DNA of 64,000 nucleotides from Gordius albopunctatus. Its lineage: Eukaryota. The stretch spans positions 11,408,001-11,472,000 of the forward strand of contig OZ193909.1 in NCBI GenBank assembly GCA_964276515.1. Direction: 5' to 3'. Positions 25,179 to 39,500 of this stretch are shown in pieces; position 1 is the stretch's first letter, and each line of letters starts with the position of its first letter. The position numbers were made by a program, and so were the translations under genes. The notes under the pieces are model-generated. The model was not told the origin of the DNA and searched no databases. It was given only the letters and a program-made list of their open reading frames with translations.

Positions 25179-27128
25179 ATTATGGAAACAGGTGAATAGC
25201 ATGCATCAAAGAATGCGGAGTATTCAAGGGAATGTTTGTATGCTTTATTGAGGAAGTGAGATTGATCAATGGTGAAGATATTTTTGTAATCTATTTCAGC
25301 AAGCATTGATGGGTTTTAGGTGGCAAGGATATTCCTAGTGCATGTTAACCTATTTCACACACTCCTTTTACACCAAATCCGAGTTATGTCGGAGCGAGTA
25401 TTTCCACAGCTTTACTTATAATTCGGTCTATTATAATTTAGAACAAAGTCTGCATAAAAATATCCCATTTCTATTGTTCAAATTCCCCCATCTGATTTTG
25501 AAAAATTATACAGCGCGGAAGGAATATGGGGTTACGATTTCAGGAATAAGACCTTTTATTACGGTGTCTATCAGGTTGGTAAGAGTACCCAAGAAAACTC
25601 CTGAGCGGTGTATTAAAGAATTTTATAATTCTATAAGGATGGCTGGGCGTCAGCCGCCAAGCCCTGCCCCTATCGAGGAGCGTTTTAATAGTTGCAAGGA
25701 CTTATGAAGTGGTGAAGTCTTGATGGGCCTGATGAATTCGATTGGGGTAAAGTCAGGTTAGGCCTTACTCAGTGTTTAGCTATTAGTGATTCTAAGATAT
25801 CATTATTAACTGGTTACATTTTATTAACAGAGGACGCGATGCGGATTGCACCTTGAATAACGCAATTATGAATTTTTGTTGTGGCTTCGCCCTATATTTA
25901 AGAAATGAAAGAATTTATACACCATGGGTATTATAAGTAATTGGTTCAGGTGCGTATTCAGAATGTTTACAAGGCGGGAAATTTGGTATATTCGTAAATT
26001 TTAAAACGCATTTTGGCAAAAATTAAATAAAAAATTAGATATATATATTATGTTTCTAAGTTTTTATAGGTGTCTTAATGTCTTTAATATAACTAAACTA
26101 TAATAATTTAACCCATTTAATTTAGTTATTAATCAAAAACAGCTCATTTACGCCACTGAATTGGTTCACTCAAATCATGCCACATTTTAAAACTAGTTTT
26201 AATCCAATTTATAAGAGATCCAGTAAATAATATAGATGCCATCAAAAGGACTCGAGATGAAAATTCCTCAGATTTGTTAATATTTTTGTCGAATTTTGAA
26301 ATTGCCTTAAAAAGTGTCTACGATACTAGGTATCTTGAACCTTTGGAAAATTTTTGATTACTTGATTTTTAGAGAAATTATTTTTCGATAAAAGAGATTA
26401 TTTCTTGTTGAAATAACCTGGTAAGTGCTAAAGATGTTGTCTTTTATTAAACTGTAAAAATTAAAATAACTACTTATTAGGATTTTGATTTTTTTTTTAT
26501 CTATAAACCTAATTTGTAACTTCAATGTTTGGATTTGTTTGCACTTTAAAATCCATAATTAATAAATCCTAATTATAGGTATTATTTTTCCTTTACGTTT
26601 TATGTTTTTGTTGAACTCGTTGAAAACTCTTATGAAAGAATACTTGTGTACATTAAATTCTAATGTTTTTAGGTAAAAATGTTAGGAGCAAAATAGGAAC
26701 TATTTCTTTCTGCCATCATTTTAATTGTAAAAATTACATATCAAAAGATACATTGGGATAAGACAATGCCATTTTAACAATTGAATTAGATAGATAAAAC
26801 TTTTCAATTGCCAATAATTATTTGCCTAGATTTTTTTATTTTTAATTAAATTTAATTTTACGAGTTTCTTTTTTTATTTAAAGAATTTATAAACTTTAAA
26901 TTTAGACAATATTATACTAATTTAATAACAAATTTGTTAAGTGTATTTGCAATAAGTTGCCTAATTTTGTAATAAGTAGTAGAGTCAAAGGCATTCTTAA
27001 ATAGTATAGGTTTTAATGCTTTATGCATTTTGTAAAAAATATATATAAGGTCAAGACTTATAATAAGCCTACTCTTTAAAACATACATTTATTTTTATCC
27101 TCTATATGATATTAAGTTACAAAAGAGT

Positions 27129-29969
27129 ATGTCTACACCAACTGATACAGTTAACAATGGTACACCTACCAATGAAGAAAATCACAATCTTTACAATCCA
27201 CCCTTACAACGTAGCATTGATGAAATCCTTAATATTGACAAAAATGATGAAAGCTTGCAGAAATATAAGGAAAAGCTTCTAGGAGAAGCAATTTCTGGCC
27301 AAAGGATTGTTATTGGTATAACATAATTTTGTACTTTTATTCCCATAAATTGTTTTGAATTACTCTTGTTTTATAATTACTTGATTTTATAATGTGTGCC
27401 GTTATATAAATTTAATAAATTAAGCTTGTACATTTTATAAATCCTTAGGCATATTCTATCATTTTGGTAGATAATTTATATAATTTAGATTAAAATTAGC
27501 CTTACATTTTTAGTAATTCACAAAAATCTTGTTTTTTTTATTGTTCAATCAGCTTAATAAATTGTATATATAATTAATTAAGTTTAACATTTCCACTTTT
27601 CATGTAGGGATTCATTATATTATTCTTTGAATTTTTAATCACTTTATATTTTTCACACCATTTTTTATCACTATTAGATTATGAAGATTTTATTATAAAG
27701 TATTTTTAAGCCTGATTATTAAATCTTCATAATATCGAAATTGTAAAATAAATATATGTATATCTATCAGCCTCCATATTTTTACTTTTTTGGCATTAAA
27801 AATTGGAAGCATTGCAAAAGTATTTAATTATCTCTAAACTTAAAATTGCCTCTCAAAATATTTAATTTTAAATGTTTTAAATTGTTATTTTTGTAAAAAA
27901 GCAGAAAATTGAGAACAAGACTTGTTTTAGCTAAAAACTTTCTTTTTTACCCCAAGAAAACAAAAGGCCTATGCATCAATTGTATTGTGTTGCTTTAAAT
28001 AGTCATTTTAAGGAAATACATAACCAAAATTTTTTCCTGATATAGCCATAGTTTTAATAGTTGAAAAAGAAATATTTGCAATAAGTCTCTGTGATAAATT
28101 AGTCATATAATGAGTTAGTATATGTATCAAATTAAATGACCAGATATTTCTATTATTTATAAAATAATAAGTATATTTAAGAGTTTAATGCATTTAATCA
28201 TGTCTACATTTAAAACACTGAATTATAACATATTTTAATTTTAGAATGTACATTGCCAAGATATGTCTTACTTTTTTTAATCTTATAATGAAAATTTATT
28301 ATAAATATATAAAAGCCCAATTTATATTATCAAAGCTTTTTACATATGTTTTCAGATGAAGCAAATCCAAATTACGTACTGCCCAAAAGTCTCACAATGA
28401 TTGTTGAAGGCAGGGATGATAGAATTATTGATTTGACAGGTTATTATATATTTTTAAACTAATTATTTCTAAACAATCTTCAATATGTTATTCAATTTCA
28501 CCTAAAAATCATGTAAAAATTTTACCCAAAAATTGACCATTCTTTTAATGAAAAATGGTTGATTTTGTGTAAATATGTTTAGGCTTTAATAATTATATAT
28601 GGTTTTCACATTTAGGTGATTTACACAGCTCAACACATTTAAGCCATGTGAATTCAATTAGGAAACTAATATAGATACATAAAAAATCAGTCATTAAGGT
28701 GATTAAAAATTATAGTATGCTTATTGTATAGACTTGGTATTTAAACTGGCATTAACCATCCATTTATTGACTCCATTCCGGGTTTTCTGCCGAAATAACA
28801 CCAATGCAAACACACGTAGAAACGAGTTTAATTTATAAAATAAAAAAAATAATTACCCTAGCTAGTTATGTTATTGAATTTATTGGGACAAAAATGAGAA
28901 GTTGTATTTTATTCTACTATGCTACTTAATTACCACTTAACCCCATAATTTTAATGTTATGGTAGCTCATGATGCATGCAGCTCAAGACCTTTACTTGTG
29001 CGGCCAGACACAATTGCCATTTCTCTCCCTTAAAAGGAAAGAGACACGATTAAGCAAACTTGCAAAAAATATTATTATTATTTAGCTCTTTCTACAATAC
29101 ATAACTTAATAAATCTTGAAACGAAAACAATCTAGACTTTGACATCTCATACAACCTAATATGAATGCATCTTCTTTACACTTAAAACGACACTTATGAA
29201 TTGTGTGCAGGAGATCTTACGGCGCTCAAAGATAACAAAATAATCATCAGGGAGGGAACACATTACTCGCTCTGCATCAATTTCTACGTGCAAAAGGAGA
29301 TGGTATACGGACTGAAATATGTGCAAACGTTTTATCGCAAAGGAATCAAGGGTATGTATACAGTTCGGTTTAAATTTATCTTATGCCTCCTCCTCGATAT
29401 CACATTTAACCGCTTCTAAGTTCAACGTTGTTTTTCATTCTCAGCAAAATTATTTTAAGTCAATGCTAAGAAAGTGTTTATCTTGCCTTCTAATGTTAAT
29501 TTTCGAGTAATAGGCAGATTTTGTGCTATTTCTTTATGGCTATTCCGGTTTCCTGTTCGTTTTAAATTCGCCATTCGTCCCCTTTACCAAATGATTCCCA
29601 CTTTCTCTCTTTAATTTCGTCCTTTTTGTTACATTATGCTTTCCCTTAAAAAGTGTTGATGTTACAATAAACCCATCATAACGGCCAACCCAGATAAACC
29701 GGAATGACTTGAGAGCACCTTTAGGAGCAATTAATAATAAATAGTGTATATTGTATTTGTACTTAACAGTGGACAAAACAGTTCATATGATTGGATGTTA
29801 CGGACCCAAAAGGGACCTTCAATCCTACACGACCCCCGTCGAAGAAGCCCCTTCTGGGATGTTGGCCCGAGGCCAGTACACGGTCAAATCGGTATTCATC
29901 GATGATGACAAGCGGGAACACTTGAAATGGGAATGGATTTTGGAGATCAAAAAGGATTGGGAAGATTGA
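27129..29969 (+). CDS. RhoGDI: Rho GDP-dissociation inhibitor; exons 27129-27315, 28356-28439, 29211-29351, 29770-29969
   Basis: [48 protein letters not shown] and [13 protein letters not shown]...[15 protein letters not shown] introns, all phase 1. Confidence 0.96.
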
Positions 29970-30958
29970 ATCCTTTGCAATTTACCTCCCCTTCCCCTTC
30001 AAACTTTACCACTCAATCTACGTCAGATGCCTTAGTCAAAATGGTGCGCCGCCCCCTTATAAATTTTTACAACTGCGCCAATTTTCTAGCACCCACTTAT
30101 GTTTTGTGTTAGACGAGTCAGGCCTTATTACAACTTTTGTACTTTTTATATATTTATATACCATTTTTTGTGTGAAAGTCCAGAGCTAGTTTAATGTAAT
30201 CTCCGATCTGCTGCTATATAACATCTCAAACAAGTACCTCTCCATCACCACAAGCTTTTACTCATGTTAACTCCTTGAAATATGCAATCATAAATTGAGC
30301 AATCCACAATGACTATTTATAATTTTTTGATGTTTATGTATCGAGTCCGCTGACTGCCTTCAATATTTTTGATAGTATTAAAAGATGTAACAACATTTGA
30401 TAAAAATATATGGCTTTACTTGGGAACTTAATCATATTGATCAACCATAAAAATATTCTAATATGTACCTGGCGTCACATTTAGGGTGATTCTTCCAAAT
30501 CATCCATTTCAGTCGCCCTTGCTTTCAATTTATGCTTATATAGGTTATTTACTACTGAATATAGTGATCATTTTTTTGAATGACGCTTTAAGATTCTTTA
30601 ACAACCTTTTGGGTGTATTCCTTAAGTAATTTTGAAGGGTACAGTTTGAAAATTTCACAATTTAGCGAATCAGGTCCCTTTTTATCTAGATTTTATGTGC
30701 CAGACCTTAAATTTAATTTCTTGAATTATTTGGCTGGCAATCTTTTAACTTATTCTGTTTTTAATAAAATTAATATTTTGAATGAGTGGTTTTAAAAGCA
30801 ATGTTATTAAAAAAAAATTTTTTGCCGAGCTAAGTCCATTCTTTAGTGCATCCTGTTTAATATACCGAACAAACTACTATACAACTTTCTCAGACTTCGC
30901 ATCTGTTTGTAAACGCTTTTAAATGATCGAGCTATACATTTTTAGATCTTATATCTGT

Positions 30959-31830
30959 TAGGGGTCTGGATGGGCCGGCCCGTGGCTCCTAGGTCCAAGC
31001 CCGGCCCGCGGGCCGGGTTTAAAATGGAGTAAAAAAAGTGCAAGCTGGGCTTGGGTTTTGATAAGTGAAAAAATTTAATTTATATTATAAATATAGGAAG
31101 AAATAATGGACTTATTCGCTTGATGATAAAAAAATATATTATTCCGAACAAAAATTTGGTGGAACTCAAAAATCATTATAATAAAAAGTATCGTGGGATG
31201 TATGATGAAATAATCAGCTTTTTATCGGGCAAAGATTTAATAGAAAAACTTGAAGGCATTTCCAAAAAACATATGCTATTAATATGTTTTTCTTATGAAA
31301 AAGCAAGCATTTAGTTAGAAGTGGATAAGACACCTACACTCTATAAAGTATTGCCCTTTTATACATCATCAAAGATCATCCTGAATTTGTTTCCATCCTT
31401 TACGTGTAATTGATCCTATTGACTTTGAGATCTATGAATTAAAATCAAGATCCAAAACTATGCTAATCTCGAGTTTAATATCGATATTTATCATAAAATA
31501 TCAATCTTTCTTGTTCCTAAGTTTCGCACGTTAAAAATGCTACCCGAAGATGAAAGAAGTTTCGTAAAAACTACGGTAGCAGAATTTTTAAAGAAATCCA
31601 TTATGAAAGAAGATCCTAGCTCTTCTTTCAATCCCAACACTAATTATCTATTGGTAAGGAAAATATGGATATTTAAATTTGGGAGGATGGTGAAACGGAA
31701 AAGATGGAAGATTTCAAATTAAATCTAAAACCTGAAGATTCCCAGCCTGATGAAATTTTATGGTGGAAAGAACACCAACTTATGCTACAAAACTTAAAAT
31801 TAGCTATTCAGTTTTTGTCGATGTGCTACG
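30959..31830 (+). mobile_element. Degenerate hAT remnant (left end plus transposase fragments)
   Basis: TAG-starting end with GGCCCG subterminal repeats; fragments such as LEVDKTPTLYKVLP and ILWWKEHQ..LAIQFLS. Confidence 0.65.
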
Positions 31831-31854
31831 AGTGAATGCCCATATCCAGTAATA

Positions 31855-32193
31855 TTTGTGCTAATTTATCAAACTTTTTATTATTTTTCTTAATATCTTT
31901 ATATTCATCGTGAAATTTATCATATATCAATGGTATTGCACGAATATCATTGATAAGATCGTAATTATTCTATAAAGATATAAAATTATATAAAAATACA
32001 TACATACATACCAAATTCAATTTTTTAACCATCGCGCGAAAAGTACAAAATGATTTGTATCTTATTTTTGTCTGCGGTTTTACTATGAACGCCTCCTGAT
32101 TACAATTGTTATTTTCGTGATATATATGATAAATTTCACCATGAATATAAAGATATTAAGAAAAAGAATGAAAATTTTGATAAATTAGCACAA
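31855..32193. repeat. About 75-bp imperfect inverted repeat with a spacer of about 190 bp (foldback/MITE-like)
   Basis: TTTGTGCTAATTTATCAAA...GAAATTTATCATATATCA at 31855-31929 is mirrored at about 32118-32193. Confidence 0.75.
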
Positions 32194-33546
32194 AAATTCA
32201 CTTCGCCTTTTTTCGCTTCGTGCGTCATCACGAACGCCCCCGTTATAGAACAGAGAAGAACGAAATAATTGCAGGATAGAATAGATAGTGTTTTATTTTT
32301 GACAATATTAAATTTTGATTAAAACCGATTTTATATGCTATAGTTTAGTTATTTTTTAAACGATAAAAAATGGTTTTTATACAAAGATTTAATTTTAAAA
32401 CAACGTAACTTGTTTTTACTCGTGCGAGCCTGATGCGGCGCAGTTTTTGGCTTATTTTGCAAAAATAATATTTTTGCGGACATGTAAAAAATGTAATAAC
32501 TAATTTTTTTTTAAAAACCTTAAAACATATTTCACTCAAATTTCATACCAATTTTGTAATAAATTTAAATTTAAAAAATAACAGTTTTTTATTCAAAATT
32601 ACACGCAATATTTTTAAAACTTCGACCACGCTTTTTATTAAAAAATTTGGCAAAAAAATCAACAAATTTCTTACAAAACCCACCAAATTATAAAAAAGGG
32701 CAAACAATAATGTAAGAGTAGCGAAGGCATGTAAATGGTGAGGGAGGGAGTAAGGGCCCGTCTTAATATACGATTCAACTTCAAGCGCCATATTTTTGTT
32801 TGTCTAAATATGCGATATAAATGTCGTGGAATCAAGAATTTTAGTTTAGTTACTATATGAATAATATGCATTAATAAGCTTAATTAAAGGATAAATATTA
32901 TTTGTTTTATGAGCAAAAAAACAAAAATATAAAAAATGACGTGATGTTCTAACATGCATTCGTTTATTTTGCATCTACGCAAAATCGCAACCCTAAGTTG
33001 CACGCGAAGGAAGGAGAGGGAAAGAGCGTTCATTTTCAAAAGCTTTGATTGATCACCCTTTTCTCTCCTACTAGTGTGCGGGAGCGGAGTCAAGATGTTC
33101 AAACATTTAGATAAACGCTGTATTATATTTTAAGTTTTTTACACACCAAAAAAATATTAAATTATAATTTTATTAGCACATGTTTCGAATATTTATAATT
33201 CTCAAGATATTGAAAAATATTCACTTTGCTTCAAGTTGTCTGAAAGTTAGGTTCACTAAAATTTGTTTAAACATGAAATTTTTACACGGTTTTATATTGC
33301 ATTTTTGTTTTGATAAGTCAAGAATAGAGTTTTCATTACGAGAAAGTTATTGTGACCAGTAAATTGTGTATATAATTTTGCAGAGCAATAAAACTAATAG
33401 TAGGCTAAAAACTTTTCATTTTTGGTTACAAAAACTCGCCAAAATTTAAATATATTTTTATATACACGAATAAATAATATAAATAAAACGATTTCACAAC
33501 AGAGATTGCATATAAAATATTCGTAAATATCACAGAATTATGATGA

Positions 33547-36500
33547 TCAGTACCAATCGAAAGTTTGATTTATCATTTTAAAAAATAATATATTAAAGGG
33601 TTTATAATATTCTCGTAAACTCTGAATGGTTTGTGGACACATTATGGGATGAGGTCTTCCTTTTGTATGGCCTAAACAATCCAATCGATCGGATTTATTG
33701 GTGTATGTATACACTACAAACAAAATAAGAATTATAAATAATTTAAAAAATCAATTCCTTTAATTAAATTATTCTATTTTAATCAACTTTCGATTACAAC
33801 ACTCGTTCAGACTAATGCTATTTAACAGCCTTTAGCAGCTTTAAATCTGAAATTAAACGCACGTTCATATTATTCGCTTTCGCTTTACATCTACTAGAGT
33901 TAAATCAACTGGTAAGCGCCTTAACACTGATTACTGTAAGAGTTTATTTAATTACTGAAATTCTTTAGCAAAGAGGCCGTCTAATGCAAGTGAAATTGCT
34001 ACGAAATGGATGAAAAGACTGAGAAGGTTACTTTCGTCATTATATGAGTTATAAAATTGAATTAATGTCTTGCAAGCTCAACGTTTCTCAACTTCGAAAA
34101 TGTCAAAAAAAACAACATATATGTATCATAATTATTTAACCCAATTCCCTGTATGTAGCTCAAAAGCTTTTACTCACAAAAATGTCAAACTTTTTTTGGA
34201 GGAGAGAGTAAATTTATAAAATGGCACAAACCCCTGAGGCAGGGGAAGTGTTTGTGGGGTCGGTATACGAACATATCCGCTCGAATGAAGGGTGGGAGAG
34301 CGAGAAAGCGCTCCACTCCAGCCACGACTCGAGCAGGGTCCGTTATGAGTTGCTCGCCGTCAACGAAATGCATGTCGCGCCCCAGGTCAAAATGAGGAAT
34401 CCATTGGGGCAAGTAAGTGGCGTATGCACCCAGTTTAATGGCCGACCAATTGGTATTTATCTGGCGTCGTTGAAGCACGACGGTTTCTGGCGTAGAACTT
34501 TGGTTATGGGCACACAAAGTTTTGGCGGGCCCTTTAAAGAAGGCTAAACTTTCGAACGGGCGACCCTTAAAGTGAATGTGTAAGTGGTTGAGAAAGCGAT
34601 TTAATGATTAGCGAAGTCATTAATGATCTTAATTTATCGTATTTTAACAGCAAAAAGCTATGCATAGGCATACATTGAAGCCGACGATTATCGAGAGAGT
34701 TTATTATTAAAATATATAAACTTAAATTTAAGAGTGACATTTGAATTAGAATCCTAACTATCAATAGCTGTTTTATTTAATTTTTCTAGGATATATACGA
34801 CCGCCCTACTTGACCATAATATTCATTACCAAAAAGATGATTTAATTATTAAGTTGTGGCATGTTTCAGATAAAAAAATTCGTATATCCTTCACCTATAT
34901 TAAATGACAAATCCAAATACACGTCAAATATTCGTAAATGTAATAAAATCGTACGCTAAATCTAAATTGGCCCAAACAACCATTTTAAGTCTATAAAAGC
35001 CCTAGGGCGCCCAAATTTTACTGGGCTTTAACATTTGACTATAAAATTTGTCCATAAAGGGTATGTCTCGCTCTTCTTCTACTTTTATATTTTGTTGAGT
35101 TACTATTTCATTTTAATCAATAGTCCCCTAACTAAATCAATGGCGAAACTTACAAGGTCCGCAAAGTAAAATTAAATCTTTTGTCGCACGGAGGAGTATC
35201 TTAGATAAGAATTATAAAACTTTGACAAAAAGTGTGAATGAAAGGCGGTACCTGGAGGTATGGGTCGGAGGTGCGTTTGCTAGAGGCTTGCACGAAATCT
35301 GACAGTGCCCGGGTAACGGGGTCCCTTACAACCACTATAAGCTTAACACGACCCGGCAGGGTTCGCCTCATGCGAGCCGGAACGTGGCTCGTCACGTAGT
35401 AGGACGGCGTCTTTTCTATCGTAATTTGATCGCTTCGGGAGCGGGGCATCTGCTTGCTAAACACAATCGCAGTAATACGATCATCATTATATGATGCACT
35501 CAAGTACAAAGATTAGTCACAACACGTACACTCGTTATTGTGAGCATTCGTGTACACACTAAAGTTATGCCCCAATGATTTCGAGTCATTTTAGGCTGGA
35601 AATCAAATTGTGATTTCAAGTGGGTGTTGGGGAATTAATTTATGTTCCAAATGTAAAAGAGCGGGGACAAAAAAGTGACCCATGTTAATTTTTAACCTTT
35701 GCAAATTAGCGTACATTTCAAAATGTCGGGATTGGGTTGCAAAATCTAGACTTTGCCGAACTTTAATGTATAAAATGCTCTTTTCCGTTATATAAATTTA
35801 TAGTGCCACCCACTGCACCACATAAAAGGGTTAATCATATACATTGATAATATTGTTCAAGTTTTTACACGGTCAATTACGAATAATATTTAAAGCCTTT
35901 ATGATTGGGGTGGTAATAAAACAAAAATGTTACCTATACAAAAATCCAGATAATTAAACAAAGATTGTGGATTTTAAAATATTTAACCGTCAATGATTAG
36001 ATTGAATAATGAAAAACGATTGTATAATTCACATCGTGGTCAATAAATATCGTTCACAGCTTAAAAATTATGCAGCCATTAACCATTTTTCGCGTATTTA
36101 GCAATAATCCAAAATGCTACGGTACTAAACTAAAAAAACTATAAAAAGTTAGAACAGATATTAAATTCCAACTTTACGTTATGGAGCATTTAAAAAATTG
36201 CTTGTATATGCTAACACAAACTATAATGTTCGCAAGTTTAGAAATATCAAAACTTTTTCCAGTGCAACTAACGAGCACCCTTGCCTGTACAAATACGTGC
36301 TGACCAATGAACCTTGAAACTATTTGTGCGACTAAAACCAAAGGTCGCCCAAACAAAATTCAGCCGTTGTTACAACACTAATAGATAAGGAGCGACGTCA
36401 CCACTGCAGATAAAGGCAAATTATTTATTACAGCGCAACAAAGCAGAATTAAACAGATAAAAGTACAACTATTATAAATTTTAATTACTCGGACCAAAGT

Positions 36501-39500
36501 TATTTTCCATTCTTAACTTAATTTTTGTTAAATTTTCAATTTTCGCCTTTTGGTTTATATTTTTACAGGGACATTTATTATTGAGATAAAATTTTCGAGT
36601 GCCAATTTATAGCACTTTGGGACAGATGGAGACTATAACACCTCACTTATTAAAAAGGGAAAAAATATGAGGTCAATTTTTTTAAAATTATATAGCCTCC
36701 TATGATAACTGAATTATCGTATATTTATGTACTGGCAGAAAGACACCAAAAGTCGTTTCGTTCAGTATAAATAAAAATGGTAAAGACTGATTAAGTCATT
36801 AGAATTGGTCTCATTCTTGGAGTTAATAAAGGTGATTGGTGGCTGTAATTCATACATTTCTCCTATCCTACTATTATAGGGTAGCGAGCCAGACAGAAAT
36901 TACTGTCAATACACATTTATGACTTCGAAGTGGATGGAAGGGCGTAAAACCTCCTATTACCCTAAAGTGCTGGACCATTTGCCCGCAGTTCAGTTAGTGT
37001 AGCTGGGCGCCTTTACTAAAGTGAAAACAAGCAATAAATCACAAATGATGTACATGTGGTCGGGGGAGGGGAGGGTTCTTCACCTAAAGCAGTAGCATAT
37101 TTTTAGCATTGGGTAAGTTGGTCCACCTTATTTACAGTAGTAAAAGGATTCCAATCCAATGCTTGGACAAATTATGATGACTAGCTTCATTCATGAATAA
37201 TTCATGTGGCTGACAATCGTTCAATATAAATTCAGGATCTTATGGTTTTCCCACTTATTCCACTAAATTATGTAGCTGCTACACTAAAGGTTCAACTCTT
37301 TATATTATTTCTAAAAACATGGGCTATGCCAGTTATAGATGATTGGTATTAGGTCTGATAACTATTGGTAAAAGTGAATAACCAAAGTTCGTTTTCCATA
37401 AAGCATCAATAAACCGTAATGCCTAATAAAAATGAATAATAAATATGTAATGATTATTCAACAATGTCCTGTAAATTAAGTATATAAATAATCATGGACG
37501 TAGCCAGCATTGGAATTTAATGATATTTTTGAAAATTTAGCCATAATTTTAATAAATTTTTAGATTTAGAAGAGGCATCCCTGCCCCCTCCCCCCCCCGA
37601 CTACGCCTATGTATATAATGTATAAATATAATTGCCAGATAGATATGATCGAGAAAACAATTGGTTACTTTGTGAATTTTTATTTAAAACAATTAATAAG
37701 TACTGTAGGTATATAATAAAGTAGATTTTTAAGTTACTTAGAGCAACTCTTAGAGGTGCTAATAGATGCAAAAGTAATATTATTTATAAATTCATGCCTC
37801 ACGAAATATAAATATCTACAAAAAAAAATTTGTCAAGCATCAAAAAATCATTATTTAAATTAAAAAATATTAATGTACTATTCAAAATACACAATGATTT
37901 AAAAAGTATAAAAATATGTTATTGAAATGAAAAAATCCAAATCGGAACGTGATTTGGAAATAGTAACACAGAAAACTTCGTTTACAAAGTTCAAGTAAGC
38001 CCTCCTTTTATTCAATTTATCCCAATCTGACCTTTTTAAATGGCTAAATTCGAGGCCTAATCAGGCCTGACACCTTTTGTATATCGTAATTTTACACTTG
38101 TATAAAGAATTTGAGTGCGATTAAATAATATTTGATAACAAAAAAAGTATTTTGATAAAAGAATTAAAAATCCAATTGATCCAATCCTATTTAAAAACGC
38201 ATTCCGCCCGCATCTCAGCGGACCTGAGACTAGGGTACAATTTAGTTGACGAGCATATTTGCTCACCTTGCTAAAATCCGATCAAATCAAACGGGCATCA
38301 TGCTATTTATTGCAACCCCAGGTAGGTAGGGCATGCCCCGGTACACAAACTTATCCATTATTGCGTTTTAGAAACGGTTGGGTTTTTCCACCATCTTCCC
38401 AAAGCAGGATCCTCTAGCTTGAGTTGAGGCCCTCAAAATTTCAATATACCCACAAGAACTGCGTGTCTCCTCAATAATTTTTTGTCCCAATGCGACAACT
38501 AACCTTGCAATCTATGGCCCCCAAGCTTCAAAATAATTGAAAAGTAGAATAGCAACTTTCCTTGATTTCCATTATAATCGCCAATTTTTTTTTATCAAAT
38601 AGATAGCTATATAATAAATACCATGTAATTAATAATCCATTTGCCTTTTTGAATTTTGTCCAAAAACTTACGAAAATTATTTTTTTCTTATTCTCTTCAT
38701 TCATTTCCAGAAAATGTTTTATATTATCTTTAATCCTAGAAGGCATAACTTAGTGTTTGAACTAATATATCTAATAAGCTATATATTTATTAAGCGTTAA
38801 ATAAAAACTCGGGCCTTCGGCCCTCGTGGGAAGGGGGAAGGGGAGGAGGGGAGGGAAGGGGGAACTCATCTACACTCCGTATAAATGTATCATATTTGCT
38901 ATGCAATTTATGGAAATACTTACGTGAATATTGCAAAACTAAGGTTGGAAGCACTAAATAAGTGTATATGCCAAATATCATAAAGGGGGAGAGAGGGAGC
39001 GAAGGGGAAGCTTTATGGTTAGTTAAATTCTACGGGAGTTGTATTACCAAAAAGTCATAATAGCAATGGTAGGAACAGGAACAATCATAATAGTAAAAAA
39101 AAACGAAAAATAAATTTTCGAATCACATTTTGGCCAAAGGTCATTTTTTTCCATTGGTCAGCAGCCAGGACACGGTAAAAGTGGATATAAATTCATAACA
39201 GTCAAAAAAAACGAAAAAAAAGTTTTCGAATCACATTTTGGCCAATGGTTATTTTATTCCATTGGTCAGCAGCTAGCGGACGGCCAAAAAGTCATAATAG
39301 CAATGGTAGGAACAGGAACAATCATAATAGTCAAAAAAAACGGAAAAAATAATTTCGATTCACATTTTGGCCAATGGTCATTTTTTCCATTGGTCAGCAG
39401 CCAGTACACGGTAAAAGTGGATATAAATTCATAACAGTCAAAAAAAACGAAAAAAAAATTTTCGAATCACATTTTGGCCAATGGTCATTTTATTCCATTG

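Larger units (their letters stand above)
18400..25870 (-). mobile_element. Fragmented CRE-clade (RLE-type) non-LTR retrotransposon, split by three insertions
   Basis: Collinear minus-strand pieces: 25870-25180 (LGFGVKGVCE, LAEIDYKNIF), 21652-21490 (GIKQG, WYLDDGN), 21330-20752 (SLNQSKTE, QACLPTKLVGL), 18935-18400 (EFRISVGLRLG, HTCSC..HGLHC, KRPDG, AEARKNLKY). Confidence 0.8.

Noticed and set aside
36880..38525. GC-richer patches (about 36880-37140 and 38320-38525) as SINEs or ncRNAs
   Set aside because: No convincing A/B boxes, tail or TSD by eye.
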